A DNA stretch of 64,000 nt from Eledone cirrhosa (GCA_964016885.1 OZ024758.1:4960001-5024000), one strand, 5' to 3'; positions 1 through 14,848 are shown, counted from the first letter of the stretch. Translations and numbers: made by a program. The notes: generated from the sequence alone by a model not told the origin.

Positions 1-39
1 ACTTCACTGAGATAAGATTTTTCACCTTCTAACACATCC

Positions 40-280
40 ACATGTTTCTTTTTTCTTTTCTCTCTTCTTCCTTTCTTCTTTCTTTCTTTTTTTCTCTTTC
101 TTTCTTTCTCTCTGTTCTCTCTGTTCTTTCTCTCTTTTTTTTCCTCTTTCCTTCTTTCTCTCTGTTCTTTCTTTCTTTCTTTCTTTCTGTTTCTTCTCTC
201 TTTCCTTCTTTCTCTCTCTCACTTTTCCCTCATTCCTTCCTTTCTTTCATTCTATGTCTTTCTATCTTCCTTCCTCTCTT

Positions 281-313
<33 letters not shown>

Positions 314-402
314 TTCATTTTATCTTTTCTCTCTCTCTCCTTCATTTCTTTCTCTCATCTCTTCGGCCTTCATCATGGAAATTATTGGATGTTATCAGCT
401 AT

Positions 403-440
<38 letters not shown>
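40..440. repeat. Polypyrimidine / (CT)n low-complexity tract
   Basis: Seen directly. Confidence 0.9.
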
Positions 441-443
<3 letters not shown>

Positions 444-767
444 TTTGATTTTGTTAACTTAATGCTGTTTTGAACTATATATCCTACAAACTGTTAATGT
501 GATTTCCACCATATCTGTCATGACTATTCTAATTTCACTCATGCCTGAGCAGTATCCTACTCTGTCAAATGACTTGAGTTAACCTAATAGAGGTTGGCAA
601 ATTATACAGAACTTACGGATCATACACAGTTTATTCTATATATTTACACAACATTTCCAATGTTACTGGAACCAAAAGGTACACTGAATTATCGAAAGAA
701 ATGTCAAGCAAAACGAGAAACAAAAAACAAACATCTAATACTTATATTGATTGAAATATCAGTTTAA

Positions 768-1402
768 CACTTTAGCATTTACATTATTCCATATTTACTA
801 TTATATTTTCAAGGTAAAGTCTTTACCTGACATAATTACCTCACATAATATCTCGCATATCATTTACATTACTCTATATTTACTATTATATAAGATTTTA
901 CCTCACAATATTTCAGATATCATTTACATTACTCTATATATACTATTATATTTTCACAGTAAAGACTTTACCTCACATAACATTTACATTACTCTATATA
1001 TACTATTGTATTTTCATGGTAAAGGCTTTACCTCACATAATATCTCACATAACATTTACATTACTCTATATATACTATTGTATTTTCATGGTAAAGGCTT
1101 TACCTCACATAATATCTCACATAACATTTACATTACTCTATATATACTATTGTATTTTCATGGTAAAGGCTTTACCTCACATAATATCTCACATAACATT
1201 TACATTACTCTATATATACTATTGTATTTTCATGGTAAAGGCTTTACCTCACATAATTATCTCACATCAAATCTAGGAGATTTTGATGATGATATTTATT
1301 TTGAGAACCATACCTTAACATCAGTATGAGTTGCCAGTTATGGCCGGTTTGTAGGAGGTGAGAGAATTCTGGCCGAATATGGCCAGTTTAAATGCTAAAG
1401 GG
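768..1402. mobile_element. piggyBac-like MITE with an internal tandem expansion of about 70 bp
   Basis: TTAA flanks (764-767, 1403-1406) and TIRs C(A/C)CTTTAGCATTTA / TAAATGCTAAAGGG. An unexpanded copy lies at 8326-8546. Confidence 0.75.
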
Positions 1403-1479
1403 TTAAATGTAATTTTTTGGGTCCTTTTTACTTTTTTTCTGTCCTTGGAAGATAGTGTTGAGGTGTTATCCATAATCAT

Positions 1480-1660
1480 TGCAGGGTTACTATGTCTGGG
1501 TGAAAGGAAGGTTGGATAACATCTATGATCTTCGTTAGTCATACTTGGGGATCCAGCTGGATCGGTTGGAAATGGTTGTCTCCAACAGGACCCACTGGAA
1601 GGAGTGTTTGAGGAATTTGCACCCACAGCCCTCTCAACAATAAGTGGGCGAAGAAGAACT
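1480..1660 (+). mobile_element. Decayed 3' end of an RTE (Expander-like) LINE
   Basis: Translates as RLDNIYDLR*SYLGIQLDRLEMVVSNRTHWKECLRNLHPQP, resembling the RTE C-terminus (LGI...L..VA.DR..W...L..L.P.P). Confidence 0.55.
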
Positions 1661-1754
1661 ACCACCATTCCTCGAAAGCAACGGAGCAAATACTGAGTCT
1701 TTAGGTTAATATGCTTATATCAGAAGATGATATTCTTTCTTACTATTATTATCA

Positions 1755-2115
1755 TCGGGCGCCATACTTTGAAGCATAGAGTTACCTCCCTTTATGTTCT
1801 GAATTCAAATCCCGCCGAAGTTAACTTTGCCTTTCATCCTTACGGGGTCAATAAAATAAAGTACCAGTAATGTACTGGATAATTGCTGGCCTTGTGCCAA
1901 AAGTAGAAACAATTATCATTAGTATCAGTTGGATTGGCAGTATCGGTAGAGGGTGGGACGTCATGCTTTGCAGCATAGAGTTATGACCCTTTACATTCTG
2001 AGTTCAAATCCCGCCTAGGTTAACTTTGCTTTTCATCCTTACAGGGTCAATAAAATAAAGTACCAGTAATGCACTGGGGTAATTGCTGGCCTTGTGCCAA
2101 AAGTAGAAACAATTG
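1755..2115 (+). mobile_element. Two tandem tRNA-derived SINEs (Nin/Deu-like core, octopus OK-like)
   Basis: A box TGGCAGTATCGG, B box GAGTTCAAATCC, core tttgcctttcatccttacggggtcgataaaataaagtaccag, and an (ATT)n-type tail. Confidence 0.85.
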
Positions 2116-3159
2116 TCATTAGAAGCAACTTGAATGACCCTCTCATGTTCATCATTTGCCTGAGTAATTACTGCTTCATGCAAGGGTTTTATTGTGACTA
2201 ATTCTTTGTATGTTTTGATCTTATTGTACCAAGTATCCATTCACAACTTTCTCAGTGAACAAGTCTAGTTTTTATTCTTATTTTGCTGCAGTGTGGAATA
2301 AGATTTTCCAATATTTCTTCGCGGGAGATCCATATTAACTTTTATTTCATATCTTTTTCCTCAAGCTCATTAGCTTTTCGAATAAGTTTGTTTTCGTTTT
2401 CATAAATGTTGGCAAGAAAGTTAGTGAGATTTTCTTCTGATGGTGATGTTGCTTCAGTACCACAATTCAGGTCATAAATGTCATGAACAAAGATTTAAGG
2501 CCACAGTCACCCTCTTTGTTAAAATATTGTCTATCTCCACCTGTATTTCTACAATAAAAGGGAGGAGTGCGAGAGGGAAATGCTCGGAGTTTTCTTTGTC
2601 AATATATTGACAATAAACATCATCACTTATGAATAATTAGTATGCTTTCTTATTTTTGTTTATTTTTAATAGGAACAAGTATGACCCCGCCGGCAGAGCT
2701 CAAGCCGTTTCGACAGCTATTTCTGGACTCTGAGCTCTGGGCTCTGAGTCCAGAAATAGCCGTTGAAACGGCTTGAGCTCTGCCGTCGGGGTCATACTTG
2801 TTCCTATATATATATATGCATATACACACACATACAAGAAAATTTGACCCCAGACAGTAGAGTCTTCTTCTTCAGTCTACCACAGACATACTTTCACTTG
2901 CTTCCAAGCTGACCAGACAAGGACTGTGTGGTTGTCTGTTGAGGCCAAGTTTAACTTCAATCAATGTTAGTAGAATTCAGTAGAATTCAGTACTTTTAGA
3001 TTCTACATTCTCAGACACAATCAACATATCACAATTATATCTGTACATTTTACCGGTTTTTTTTCAGTACTAGTTCATTTGTTTTGGGAATATATATATA
3101 TATATATATATATGAATAGTGTATGAGTCATGATATATATATATATATATATATATAAA

Positions 3160-3734
3160 TATATATAACAATACATGCCTGTAAAATAATCTACTTGTTC
3201 CATGACGTCATTAAACTAAAATGTATTTATGTGAACATACTATTAATTGTTTCTACTTTTGGCACAAGGCCAGCAATTATCCAGTGTATTACTGGTACTT
3301 TATTTTAAGTACATACTATTAATGATGAATTGTGAGGTAGTGTTTACAAAATTTATGTATATTCATACAAATTTGAATTCCATATGTCTAAACACACATG
3401 GGCATGCCTACAAAGTCAGAAAACAGCACAGCTCCCATGACTTTCGGAAACATTTTTTTACAGTCAGAGTTGCTGAAGCATGGACCAAACTACCTGCATC
3501 AGTTGTTAACTGGTGAGGCACTGAATTCTTTAAAACCTTCATGCTTCCTGAAATTTGCCAACACTACACCTGATATTCCCCCTTCCATACACAAACACAC
3601 ACACACACACACACACATGTATATCATGACTCATACACTGTTCACTTTTCTGACATTTTTACATTATTCTATGTACTATACATGCAACTTTGATGAGTAG
3701 TTGTGCACCTGAGCACTGTACACAATAATTTCAT

Positions 3735-3735
<1 letters not shown>
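3160..3735 (+). mobile_element. CR1/L2-type LINE 3' end, interrupted by a SINE fragment
   Basis: THGHAYKVRKQHSSHDFRKHFFTVRVAEAWTKLPASVV matches the conserved CR1-group RT tail. A second copy lies at 11490-11710 (-). Confidence 0.75.
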
Positions 3736-3766
<31 letters not shown>

Positions 3767-3767
3767 G

Positions 3768-4158
3768 GGCAATGACACAGGACCGTGACCTCTGGCGTCA
3801 TGCAGTAATACAGAAGACCGGACTTCTCACAGGAACAAGCCGAAGCTGAAGCATATAGACAATATACCCCCACCCCCCTCCCACTGCAAAGTGGTCGTGG
3901 AGGTTCCACAGCAAAAAAGCACCCAGCCCACACTGTAAAGTGGACGTGTAGGCGCCACGGAAAAAAAGCACCCAGCACTCACTGTAAATGAGGTTGGTGT
4001 TCGGAAGGCCATCCAGCTGTAGAAATCAAGCCAGAATCAGTTCCTGTATGAGCAAGACAAGGTCAGCCGACTGGACACTGCCCACAACAGGACAACCCAT
4101 CTAACCCATGCTAGCATGGAAGAACGGACGTAAAACGGTGATGATGATGATGATGATA
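3768..4158 (+). mobile_element. SINE-like repeat with internal ~41-bp repeats and a (GAT)n tail
   Basis: Contains the ggaagg(g/c)catccagc.gtagaaa core and an aacccatgctagcatggaa...gatgatgat end. Inverted copy at 7264-7790 and a fragment near 10495-10585. Confidence 0.65.
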
Positions 4159-4644
4159 TATATATTTACACACAATATATTAACTACAACAGCAACAACA
4201 ACAGCTATCGACAACACACAATCAGTTCAAGGTTTTAAATTATTTTACACCAATTACAATGCTGATACTCACCAGAAAAACATTTAAAACAGTGTTTCTC
4301 CTTTCGTCTGGTCTCCAATAAAAACCACCAACTTTTTCAAGTATCTGTAACAGCAGTTATTCCTAGATGATGTATTATGCTGGTTGTGAGTAGGTATGTC
4401 TAGTTGTAAACCTGCATTAGATTCTTCTACAATACTCTTCTTTGATTTATTGTGCCATCATCTTTTTCAGAGAATTAGACAATATTTATTTTAATGACTA
4501 ATGGATCAGTCATAAATCGTAAAATGTATGCAGTTAAAAAATATCTGGCATCTATCCTATATTTGTCTAAAACAACAACAACATTTTATGTGTCTTATTT
4601 ATTGTTATTGTTGTTATTGTTATCATTCATTATTATTATTATAA

Positions 4645-5287
4645 GGGCGGTGTATTGGCAGTATCGGTAGAGCGTCAGATGCCAGGCTTTGCAGCATAGA
4701 GTTATGGCCTTTTACATCCTGAGTTCAAATTCCGTGGAGGTTAATTTTGCCTTTCATCCTTACAGGGCCGATAAAATAAAACACCAGTAACGTACTGGGG
4801 TCGATTTAATCGACTTTGCCTCCCCACACATTACTGGTCTTGTGCCTATATAAGAAACCATTATTATTATTATTCGAGGTTGACTTTGCCTTTCATCCTT
4901 ACGGGGTCGATAAAATAAAGTACTAGTAATGCACTGGGTAATTGCTGGCCTTGTGCCTAAAGTAGAAACAATTATTATTATTATTATTATTTAACTTTGC
5001 CTTTCATTCTTACGGGGTCGATAAAATAAAGTACCAGTAATACACTGGGATAATTGCTGGCCTTGTGCCAAAAGTAGAAACATTTATTTAATTGCTAGTT
5101 AGTTTGGCAGTATCGGTAGAGCGTTGGATGCCATGCTGTGCAGCATAGGAGTTATGGCCCTTTATGATCTGAGTTCAAATCCCACCGAGGTTAACTTTGC
5201 CTTTCATCCTTACAGGGTTGATAAAATAAAGTACCAGTAATACACTGATTTAATTGCTGGCCTTGTGCCAAAAGTAGAAACAATTAT
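4645..5287 (+). mobile_element. Cluster of four Nin-core SINEs (two full, two 5'-truncated)
   Basis: Repeated core and tail, separated by (ATT)n. Confidence 0.85.
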
Positions 5288-5602
5288 TTAAGACAGTAGT
5301 TGCTATTTCTAACAAGTCAAGCGATTACATGGAGGTTTTTTTCCAACTAATTTTTCATTCTATTTAAAATGTAAGTTGTCATCTAAATATTTTTATGTTT
5401 TCATGTTACAACCTACACAATTTGTCGTGGAGCAAGCTGGGAAACTGGTCGTTTTTTTGTCATCATTTTACATGTTTTTTTTTTGTCATCATTTTACATT
5501 TTTATTTTACTGGTTTTAAGTTTTAAACAACATTCAGATTTGAGTATTTGTTACAAGATTTTAGCAAATTGTATTGACTTTTATTAGCTGCATTGAAAGT
5601 GT

Positions 5603-7008
<1,406 letters not shown>

Positions 7009-7263
7009 AACAAATTTAATATAGAAATGGCTTCTACCGGACTAGAACTATTTCATTCGAAGGAAATCATCTAGCCTGATGATTTGTTGTATACTCTCTA
7101 CTAATGTAATGAGTACCTTACTTACTGTGGTTACCTCTGATTGAACCCAGGATTCATATATATATATATAACCTGACCAATCTCACCTCCAGTGGGACAA
7201 ACCCGTCTATATATATATATATATTATATATATATAATATATATATATATATAATATATATAT

Positions 7264-7790
7264 ATCATCATCATCATCGTTTAATGTCCATCTTCCACGC
7301 TAGCATGGGTTAGACGGGTTTGTCCCACTGGAGGTGAGATTGGAGGTGTCTCGCTCTTATGGAACTGTTTCTGGCTGGTTTTCTATGGCTGGATGCCCTT
7401 CCTAAGCCAACCACATTTACAGTGTGGACTAGGAGCCTTTTTACCGTGTCTCCTACATGACCACTTTACAGTGTGAACTGGGTGCTTTTTGCCCTGACAC
7501 CTACATGACTACTTTACAGTGTAGACTGGGTGCTTTTTGTCATGACACCTACACAACCACTTTACAGTGTGGACCAGATGTTCTGTGGTACCAACATAAC
7601 TTTACAGAGAAAGGTTGGTGTTGGTGGGAGTGGAAGGATGGAGTAGGGGTAGTGGGATGGGGTGTATATTTGGTTAGGAGCTGCCTACTGACTGTAGGTT
7701 AACTTTGTACGTAGTGAAGGCGAGTCTTCTGTATTACTGCGTAGCGCCAAAGGTCTTGATCCAGTGACATTGTCTTAGAGAGGTGTAAGT
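7264..7790 (-). mobile_element. SINE-like repeat, same family as 3768-4158
   Basis: Reverse-complement homology, with internal 'ccactttacagtgtg' repeats. Confidence 0.65.
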
Positions 7791-8027
7791 GTGCAAGGTC
7801 GGATTTGATCGTGTTGTCCCAGGTTTTTTTCTGGTTCTCCCTACTCTGTAACTTCCATCAATATATCTTCAATTTTCTAGTCATTTAAAATACATTCTTA
7901 ATCAAGATTGTTTCAAAGGCCTATTGTGATGGAGGGGTGACTGAGATTATAGAAAACTAACTCAAACAACAGAACATGGGGAAATTTGGGAGGTAGATTT
8001 TGACAACTCATATTGGAATGGAGGGTG

Positions 8028-8230
8028 TATGAGGGTTGGCTTAAAAGTTCATAAGCTGACTATGAAGGAGTGATACTAGAGCTGTGAAATCTTGCATGCA
8101 TTAATTTCAACTCTTCTTATTAATAACTGCATTGTTTCTTTCCAGGGACTATGATGAAAAATGAACCTCATTTGGTCATTCCATGAGAGTGTCTTGATCA
8201 GCCTAAGAACTGTTCAGCTAACTATTGTAC
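8028..8230 (+). mobile_element. Mariner-derived MITE (about 200 bp)
   Basis: TA(C/T)GAGGG...AAAAGTTCATAGGCTGAC termini. Further copies at about 8830-9195, 31249-31520, 34693-34925, 36255-36440, 40180-40432 and 63183-63996. Confidence 0.75.
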
Positions 8231-8325
8231 TTGAGATGTATGGACTGGATGTTCTGTGGTACCAACATAACTTTACAGAGAAAGGGTGGTGTGGGTGGAA
8301 GAGAGATGATGGAGTATAGTATTAA

Positions 8326-8546
8326 TCCTTTAGCATTTAAACTGGCCATATCCGGCCAGAATTCTCTCACGTCTTCCAGTTCAAACTGGTCGTAACCGGT
8401 TGCTCATACTGATGTTAAGGTAATGTTCTCAAAATAAATAATATCAAAATCTCATAGATTCAATATTATGTAAGATAATTATATAAGATGAAGCCTTTAC
8501 CACAAAAACACAATAGTATATATAGAGTAATGTAAATGCTAAAGGG
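8326..8546. mobile_element. piggyBac-like MITE (221 bp), opposite orientation to 768-1402
   Basis: TTAA on both sides, the same TIRs, and internal homology. Confidence 0.75.
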
Positions 8547-9254
8547 TTAAATAAGAATTAACCACTTTACAATTTGCACATTCTATGTTCTGGCGTTGGC
8601 TGAATCCACCCATACAGACCATACATGCTACCATATGTCTGATACTAATCGAATGTATTTTAGGATTACCACAGAAAACCATGATTCAGTTTATTGATTT
8701 GTTTTATCGCTTATGTCATAGATGTATGAATCTTCCAATTGTATGTGACAGTGACAGATTACATTGGGTTATCATTTGAGAAAAAAAAACAATTAATAGT
8801 GGAGAACTTGTTGAAATCTAGTTTACATTGATTGGCTGAAATGTTCATAGGCTGCAAAGTTCATAGCCTGAATAAGATACTCTCCTGGAATGACTAAATG
8901 AGATTTAATTTTCAACATAGTCTCTGGAAAGAAACAATGCAGTTATTAATAAGAAGAGTTGAAATTAATGCTGGTAAGATTTCACAGCAGCTCTAGCATC
9001 ACTCCATCATAGGCTGACCAAGATGCTAGAGCTGTGAAATGTTACGTGCCTCAATTTCAACTCTTCTTATTAATAAATGTATTATTTCTTTCCAGGGACT
9101 ATGTTGAAAAATAAACCTCATTTAGTCTTTCCATGAGAGTATCTTGGTCAGACTATGTACTTTTCATGCTATAAACTTCTAATAATGACCCTTGTAGAGT
9201 CAATCATAATTATATTTGTATTGCATATCAGATATTTGAACGAAAAGTACAAAG

Positions 9255-9398
9255 TTATTCTACGTTCAGAAGTTTTTCTAGTTCCTCTTGTCTGCTTTTT
9301 CTGACAGCCATTTTGGTTTTGTTAAAATTTGTTTGAAAACCACTTTTATTTGTCATCTTTTTCTGAATAAGTTTGTATTGTTCTTTAATATATTTAAC
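9255..9398 (-). other. Candidate terminal coding exon
   Basis: ccttatttag| followed by 47 open codons VKYIKEQYKLIQKKMTNKSGFQTNFNKTKMAVRKSRQEELEKLLNVE* in non-repeat AT-rich DNA. Confidence 0.3.
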
Positions 9399-10087
9399 CT
9401 AAATAAGGTGGCAAGCCTTGGGTAAATATTCACTAACACTAGAATAGTTATTTCTATGTACAAATAAGTTACAATAGTGAAAGTTTGTAGAAAATATTTC
9501 AGATGGTTTTAACAACCTCTATGAGGTTATGAAAGGTCTCCATCGCAGACAGTGGTTCAAATAAAATACAATATTTCTTAGAGCATTTTAAAACTTGGTG
9601 GAGCCCATCTCCTCTTCAGGCCTGAATAGAACAGATTCTTCCAGAGAAGGAGAAAGGAAGTAAGAGAGAGATATTGAGGAGGAATCAACCCCAATACTAG
9701 ACTGGTACATAGTTATTTCTATGTACCAATAAGTTACAATTATGAAAGTTTATAGAAAATATCTGTCAGATGATTTTAATAGCTTCTATGAGGTTATCAA
9801 AGGTCAGTGGTTTAAATAAAATAATTCTGCTCATGATATTCAATAAAGAGGAATAGAAAACTTCAATTGCCATATGTAATATCTCATGGAATCAAATTTC
9901 TTTTGAAAATTGTGATATTTTGTTTAGATGTGGCTGGATGTGAGTGTGTCCTTTTATGTCAAGTATTGTGTGCATGTTTCTTTAAAACATTTTTTATGAA
10001 TTTCTACTGAACCGAGAAAGAGTGAGAGTGAGAAAGAGAGATAGAGAGTGTGTGAGAGTGAGAAAGAGAGAGAGAGGAGAGTAAAAG

Positions 10088-10129
<42 letters not shown>

Positions 10130-10584
10130 GGAGAGAGAGAAAGAGAAAGAGGGTGAGAGAGAGAGTAAAAGAAATAAAGAAAGAATGAAAGAGAGGATCA
10201 ACTCTAGTACTGGAATGGTATTTTATTAATTGACTTTTAAAGGATTAAAAACAGAATTTGAACAAGACTGGATTTGAATTCAGAAAGAGTTGGAACAAAT
10301 ATTGAATAAAACAAGCAAATATTTTATCCAACCTTTTTCCAGTCCTCCACATTGCTTTTATCCAAAACCTGATAAATGATACAAAATATTAGTTTGTTTT
10401 CTATTCCTGCCATCACCCTCACCCCCTAAAGTCCCTGTGATGAATCATTACTGGTTGGTAGAATTAGAATAAAGTTTAATATTCATATTGTAAACGTGGT
10501 TTGTGTTAGGAAGGGCATCCAGTCGTAGAAAACCTGCCAGACAGTCCTATAGAGCGAGACACGGTCACTCGACCAATCTTGCCT

Positions 10585-11325
10585 CCACCGCCATCACCAC
10601 CATCACTGCCACCACCACCATCACTGCCACCACCACCACCATCATCACCATCACCACCATCACCACCACCACCACCATCACTGCCACCACCACCACCACC
10701 ACCATCACCACCATCACCACACCACCACCACCACCATCACCACCACTATCATCACCACCACCATCATCACCACCACCACCGCCATCACCACCATCATCGC
10801 CATCACCACCACCGCCGCCATCACCACCGCCACCATCACCACCACCACCGTCTCCACCACCACCTCCACCATCACCACCATCACCGCCACCACCACCATC
10901 ACCACCACCATCACCACCACCATCACCACCATCATCACCATCACCACCACCACCACCATTATCTCCACCATCACCACCACCACCGTCACCACCACCACCA
11001 TCACCACCACCACCATCATCACCATCACCACCACCACCACCACCATTATCTCCACCATCACCACCACCACCGTCACCACCACCACCATCACCACCACCAC
11101 CACCATCACCGCCATCACCACCACCACCACCATCACCACCACCACCATCACCACCACGACCACCACCATCACCGTCACCACCACCACCACCACCATCACC
11201 ACCATCACCACCACCATCATCACCATCACCACCGTCACCACCACCATCACCACCACCACCACCACCACCACCATCACCACCACCACCACCACCACCGTCA
11301 CCACCACCACCATTATCTCCACCGT
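10585..11325. repeat. (CAC/CAT)n trinucleotide low-complexity tract
   Basis: Seen directly. It generates spurious poly-Pro/His/Gly/Val ORFs. Confidence 0.95.
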
Positions 11326-11489
11326 TACAAAATGTAAAAAGAATATGGAAAGAGAAAATCGAAGAAAATTCCCCAAAATGGTTTACGAGATTCCATGCGA
11401 CGTTACAGAGAAACAAAATGGAGAGATAAGGCTTTTGATTACATAGTCATCAATAGTGTGTTTTGATTGGTTGGTAAGGATGTCATGTG

Positions 11490-11710
11490 ATTCCGAAAGT
11501 CATGGGAGCTGTACTGTTTTCTGATTTTGTAGGCCTGTGTGTTTAACACATGGGATTCAAATTTGTGTGAATATACATAAATTTTGTAAACACTACCTCA
11601 CAAGTCATCATTAATAATATGTTCACATAAATACAATTTAGTTTAATGACTTTATATTTTAATTAACTCTGAAGGAACTATCATATTATTGTTACAGGCA
11701 TGTATTCTAT
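11490..11710 (-). mobile_element. CR1/L2-type LINE fragment
   Basis: Reverse-complement homology to 3160-3450. Confidence 0.65.
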
Positions 11711-11892
11711 GGATGCATATATGATGTGGTTGGTTTCTGACTGAGAAACAATGCTCCACTTTGAAATTAGATAAATAAAGAACTAAATATTGAATTGTAA
11801 CAATGTTTGTATATTTACACTGTTCCGCTTACATATTGAACTTACTAACCCCTTTGCCTGAAAATAAAGTTTTTTGTGAATTAAGCATTTAT

Positions 11893-11924
<32 letters not shown>

Positions 11925-11989
11925 TGTACGTACGTACGTATGTATGTATGTATGTATGTACGTACGTATGTATGTACGTATGTATGTTT

Positions 11990-12490
11990 GAGCATAAAAA
12001 GCAGTTGTAAAACTTTTGAGGAATGTCGTCTAGAACATAAATAACTGAATCGTCAGCTGCGGAAGGCCTGTGATCACAGTCTTGATGGAGTCATCAGTAG
12101 TTGACATGCAATTGCTGTCACCGTGTACTCCTCTCAAAGGCTGGTTATGTTAATCACCTGAAGTCACATGAAAGGATAACCACCCGCAACACCGCTCAAC
12201 AAAGATCTGGCGAAACAACTTGCGTGATATGCAACAAAGTGTGTAAAACTAGTTCCGGACTAAAAAGACACACATGGTGGTACATAAAGATTGTGTCCCA
12301 CAGGGTGACACCACCGGTCCTGTGGAAAGCACAACTCTCTTCTGTCACCTGTGTTGTAAACCATGCAGAGCTACAGCTGGCCTACAAAGCCATCTACGGA
12401 GTTATGGACGCAGGTGGGATGATAACGAAGAATCAATAAGAATCAATAAGAGACGGCAATCGTCTGAAAGGCAAAGCTAACCTCGTCAAC
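11990..12490 (+). mobile_element. RTE-type LINE 3' end with three C2H2-like zinc fingers (disrupted)
   Basis: SIKSSCKTFEECRLEHK*LNRQLRK, then CNCCHRVLLSKAGYVNHLKSH, CVICNKVCKTSSGLKRH and (frameshifted) CHLCCKPCRATAGLQSHLRS. Confidence 0.65.
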
Positions 12491-12559
12491 TATTATGGGT
12501 AAGTTTATAATCTGGGTAGAGAAGCTATAAGTCTTTTCGTATATTTCTTCTCCTACCGT

Positions 12560-12712
12560 ATTATCAGCTCTCGCGAGATTCTCTCGAGAAACAAAATGGC
12601 AGCTTTAAAGATTTCATTAAAGCTTTTACAATCGTAATCTATCAAGATGTCTACGAGTTAACAGGTTCCGAAGCAGTTGTCCCCAAATGTATTCTGTCAC
12701 ATCAGGTAACTA
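12560..12712 (+). promoter_or_regulatory. Candidate promoter or first exon
   Basis: TCTCGCGAGA palindrome (12569-78), TCTCGAGA (12582-89), YY1-like AAAATGGCAGC (12593-603), and splice donor CAG|GTAACT at 12705/6. Confidence 0.35.
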
Positions 12713-13300
12713 ACCTCTATAAAATTAATTCATTTTGGTTTTCCTTTCCAAAGTTACATCAGGGCTGTTGTATTTAGGTATGGTCAGAATTGTCAGGGCC
12801 TCAAAGAGAAATTTTGCGAGGCGGCACACGACCCCTTTAGGGTCCAAAGCAGGCAAAGATTTTTCTCAAAATTGATGTTACATGGTTGCTGTGGAGCCTT
12901 CTAAGCTCTTGGCCCCCGGAAATAAGTACCAGCTGGACTCCCCCCCCCCCCTCATAAGCCCTGGGTATAACGCAAGTTTGATGGGAATCTTTTTTTTTTT
13001 GCTAGAATGTGTAATATATTTGTTACGCTATCTTGACAACCTCTATATATGCTTTCGTCAAGTATTTGTAACAATCACAGCGAAGATGGAGAGGTTATTG
13101 GTGTGATAAGGACTGGTTTAGGAAGCAGTTTCCTTGCGTTTATCTATAAAGTGTGAAAATTTCTTTTGGCGAAATTCCATATCAACATCAGTTGAAACAG
13201 CTGGGAATCTTGTATCCATATTGTAAATATTTCCAGTGCAACAAAACGCATGCACACACATACAGAGCTATTAAGATATCTATTAGTGTATCCCCCCCCC

Positions 13301-13347
<47 letters not shown>

Positions 13348-13371
13348 CCCCCCCCCCCCACACACACACAC

Positions 13372-13428
<57 letters not shown>

Positions 13429-13508
13429 CATAAATGTACATATATAATATTTTATATAGAAATGGCTTCTACATGATTAGAACAGTTTCATTCGAAGGAA
13501 ATCATCAT

Positions 13509-13550
<42 letters not shown>

Positions 13551-13737
13551 GAATTTCATGTATGTAAAGATATATAGTATGTTTAGTAAATAAACATCTT
13601 GAAAGCCCAGTTATGAATTGAAAGGCTGACGGGGCCAGCAGAGGCAATGAAGGGTAACTGTCGATGTATTGCAGCTTCCGGCCCTTATCATGTCCTCTGT
13701 TGGAACTTGTCCTCTGTTGGAACTTGAAGCCTGTTTC

Positions 13738-14102
13738 ACAGACTAAACACCACCACCACAGAGCCCTTCATATCATCACAGGTGACACACCACCACCACC
13801 ACCAACAGAGAACCCTTCATATCAACACAGAACCCTTCATATCATCATAGACTAAATACCACCACCACAGAGCCCTTCATATCATCACAGGTGACACACC
13901 ACCACCACCAACAACAGAGACCCCTTCATATAAACAGAGAACCCTTCATATCATCATAGACTAAACACCACCACCACAGAGCCCTTCATATCATAGACTA
14001 AACACCACCACCACAGAACCCTTCATATCGTCACAGGTGACACACCACCACCACCAACAACAGAGACCCCTTCATATCAACAGAGAACCCTTCATATCAT
14101 CA
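13738..14102. repeat. Compound tandem repeat (about 110-bp unit, 3 copies, built from 'cccttcatatca' subunits)
   Basis: Seen directly. Confidence 0.85.
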
Positions 14103-14240
14103 GCACAAGGCCAGCAATTACCCAGTGCATTACTGGTGCTTTATTTTATCGAGCCCGCAAGGATGAAAGGCAAAGTTAACCTCGGCGGGATTTGATCTCT
14201 GAACACAAAGGGCCGTAACTCTATGCTGCAAAGTATGGTA
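14103..14240 (-). mobile_element. Nin-core SINE
   Basis: Reverse complement of the family consensus. Confidence 0.8.
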
Positions 14241-14762
14241 CTAACATGTACATAGAATAACTCCATCTATTGAAATTTAAATATAGTTACATTACAATAA
14301 TAGGCAGCCATCTTTGTATGAGGGACTAAATGTCTTTGTTACCTTATCATATAACTTATAGTTAAAGTTACTTATACCATATATATATATATATATACAT
14401 AGTTACTTATACCATATATATATATATTTATATATATAGTTACTTATACCATATAGTTACATTACAATAATAGGCAGCCATCTTTGTGTGGGGGACTAAA
14501 TGTCTTTGTTACCTTATCATATAACTTAATTTCTGATCAACATTCTGTTATTCCGACAAAGATGCTATGTCTGAACAAAGCCAGGTCATAGTCGCCGCCG
14601 GCTATATCTTCTATAGTTCAGAAAGGAATGACCTTACTCTTTACTTCCATTCCTCTGATAATACAAATTTGTAATCTATTATGAACCACTTGTGTCCCTT
14701 TATAGTGACGTCAAAACGAAAATAAGTAAAATAAGGAAAATAATATTTTCTCCTTCTCTCCC

Positions 14763-14848
<86 letters not shown>

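Noticed and set aside
2130-2470. Protein-like minus-strand stretch (EENLTNFLANIYENENKLIRKANELEEK...MDTWYNKIKTYKEL)
   Set aside because: It contains stops and frameshifts and no family could be recognised. It is probably a decayed transposon and could not be assigned.
10503-11429. Extensin-like poly-Pro, poly-His and poly-Gly ORFs
   Set aside because: A (CAC/CAT)n repeat that is open in several frames, with no ATG start or domain context.
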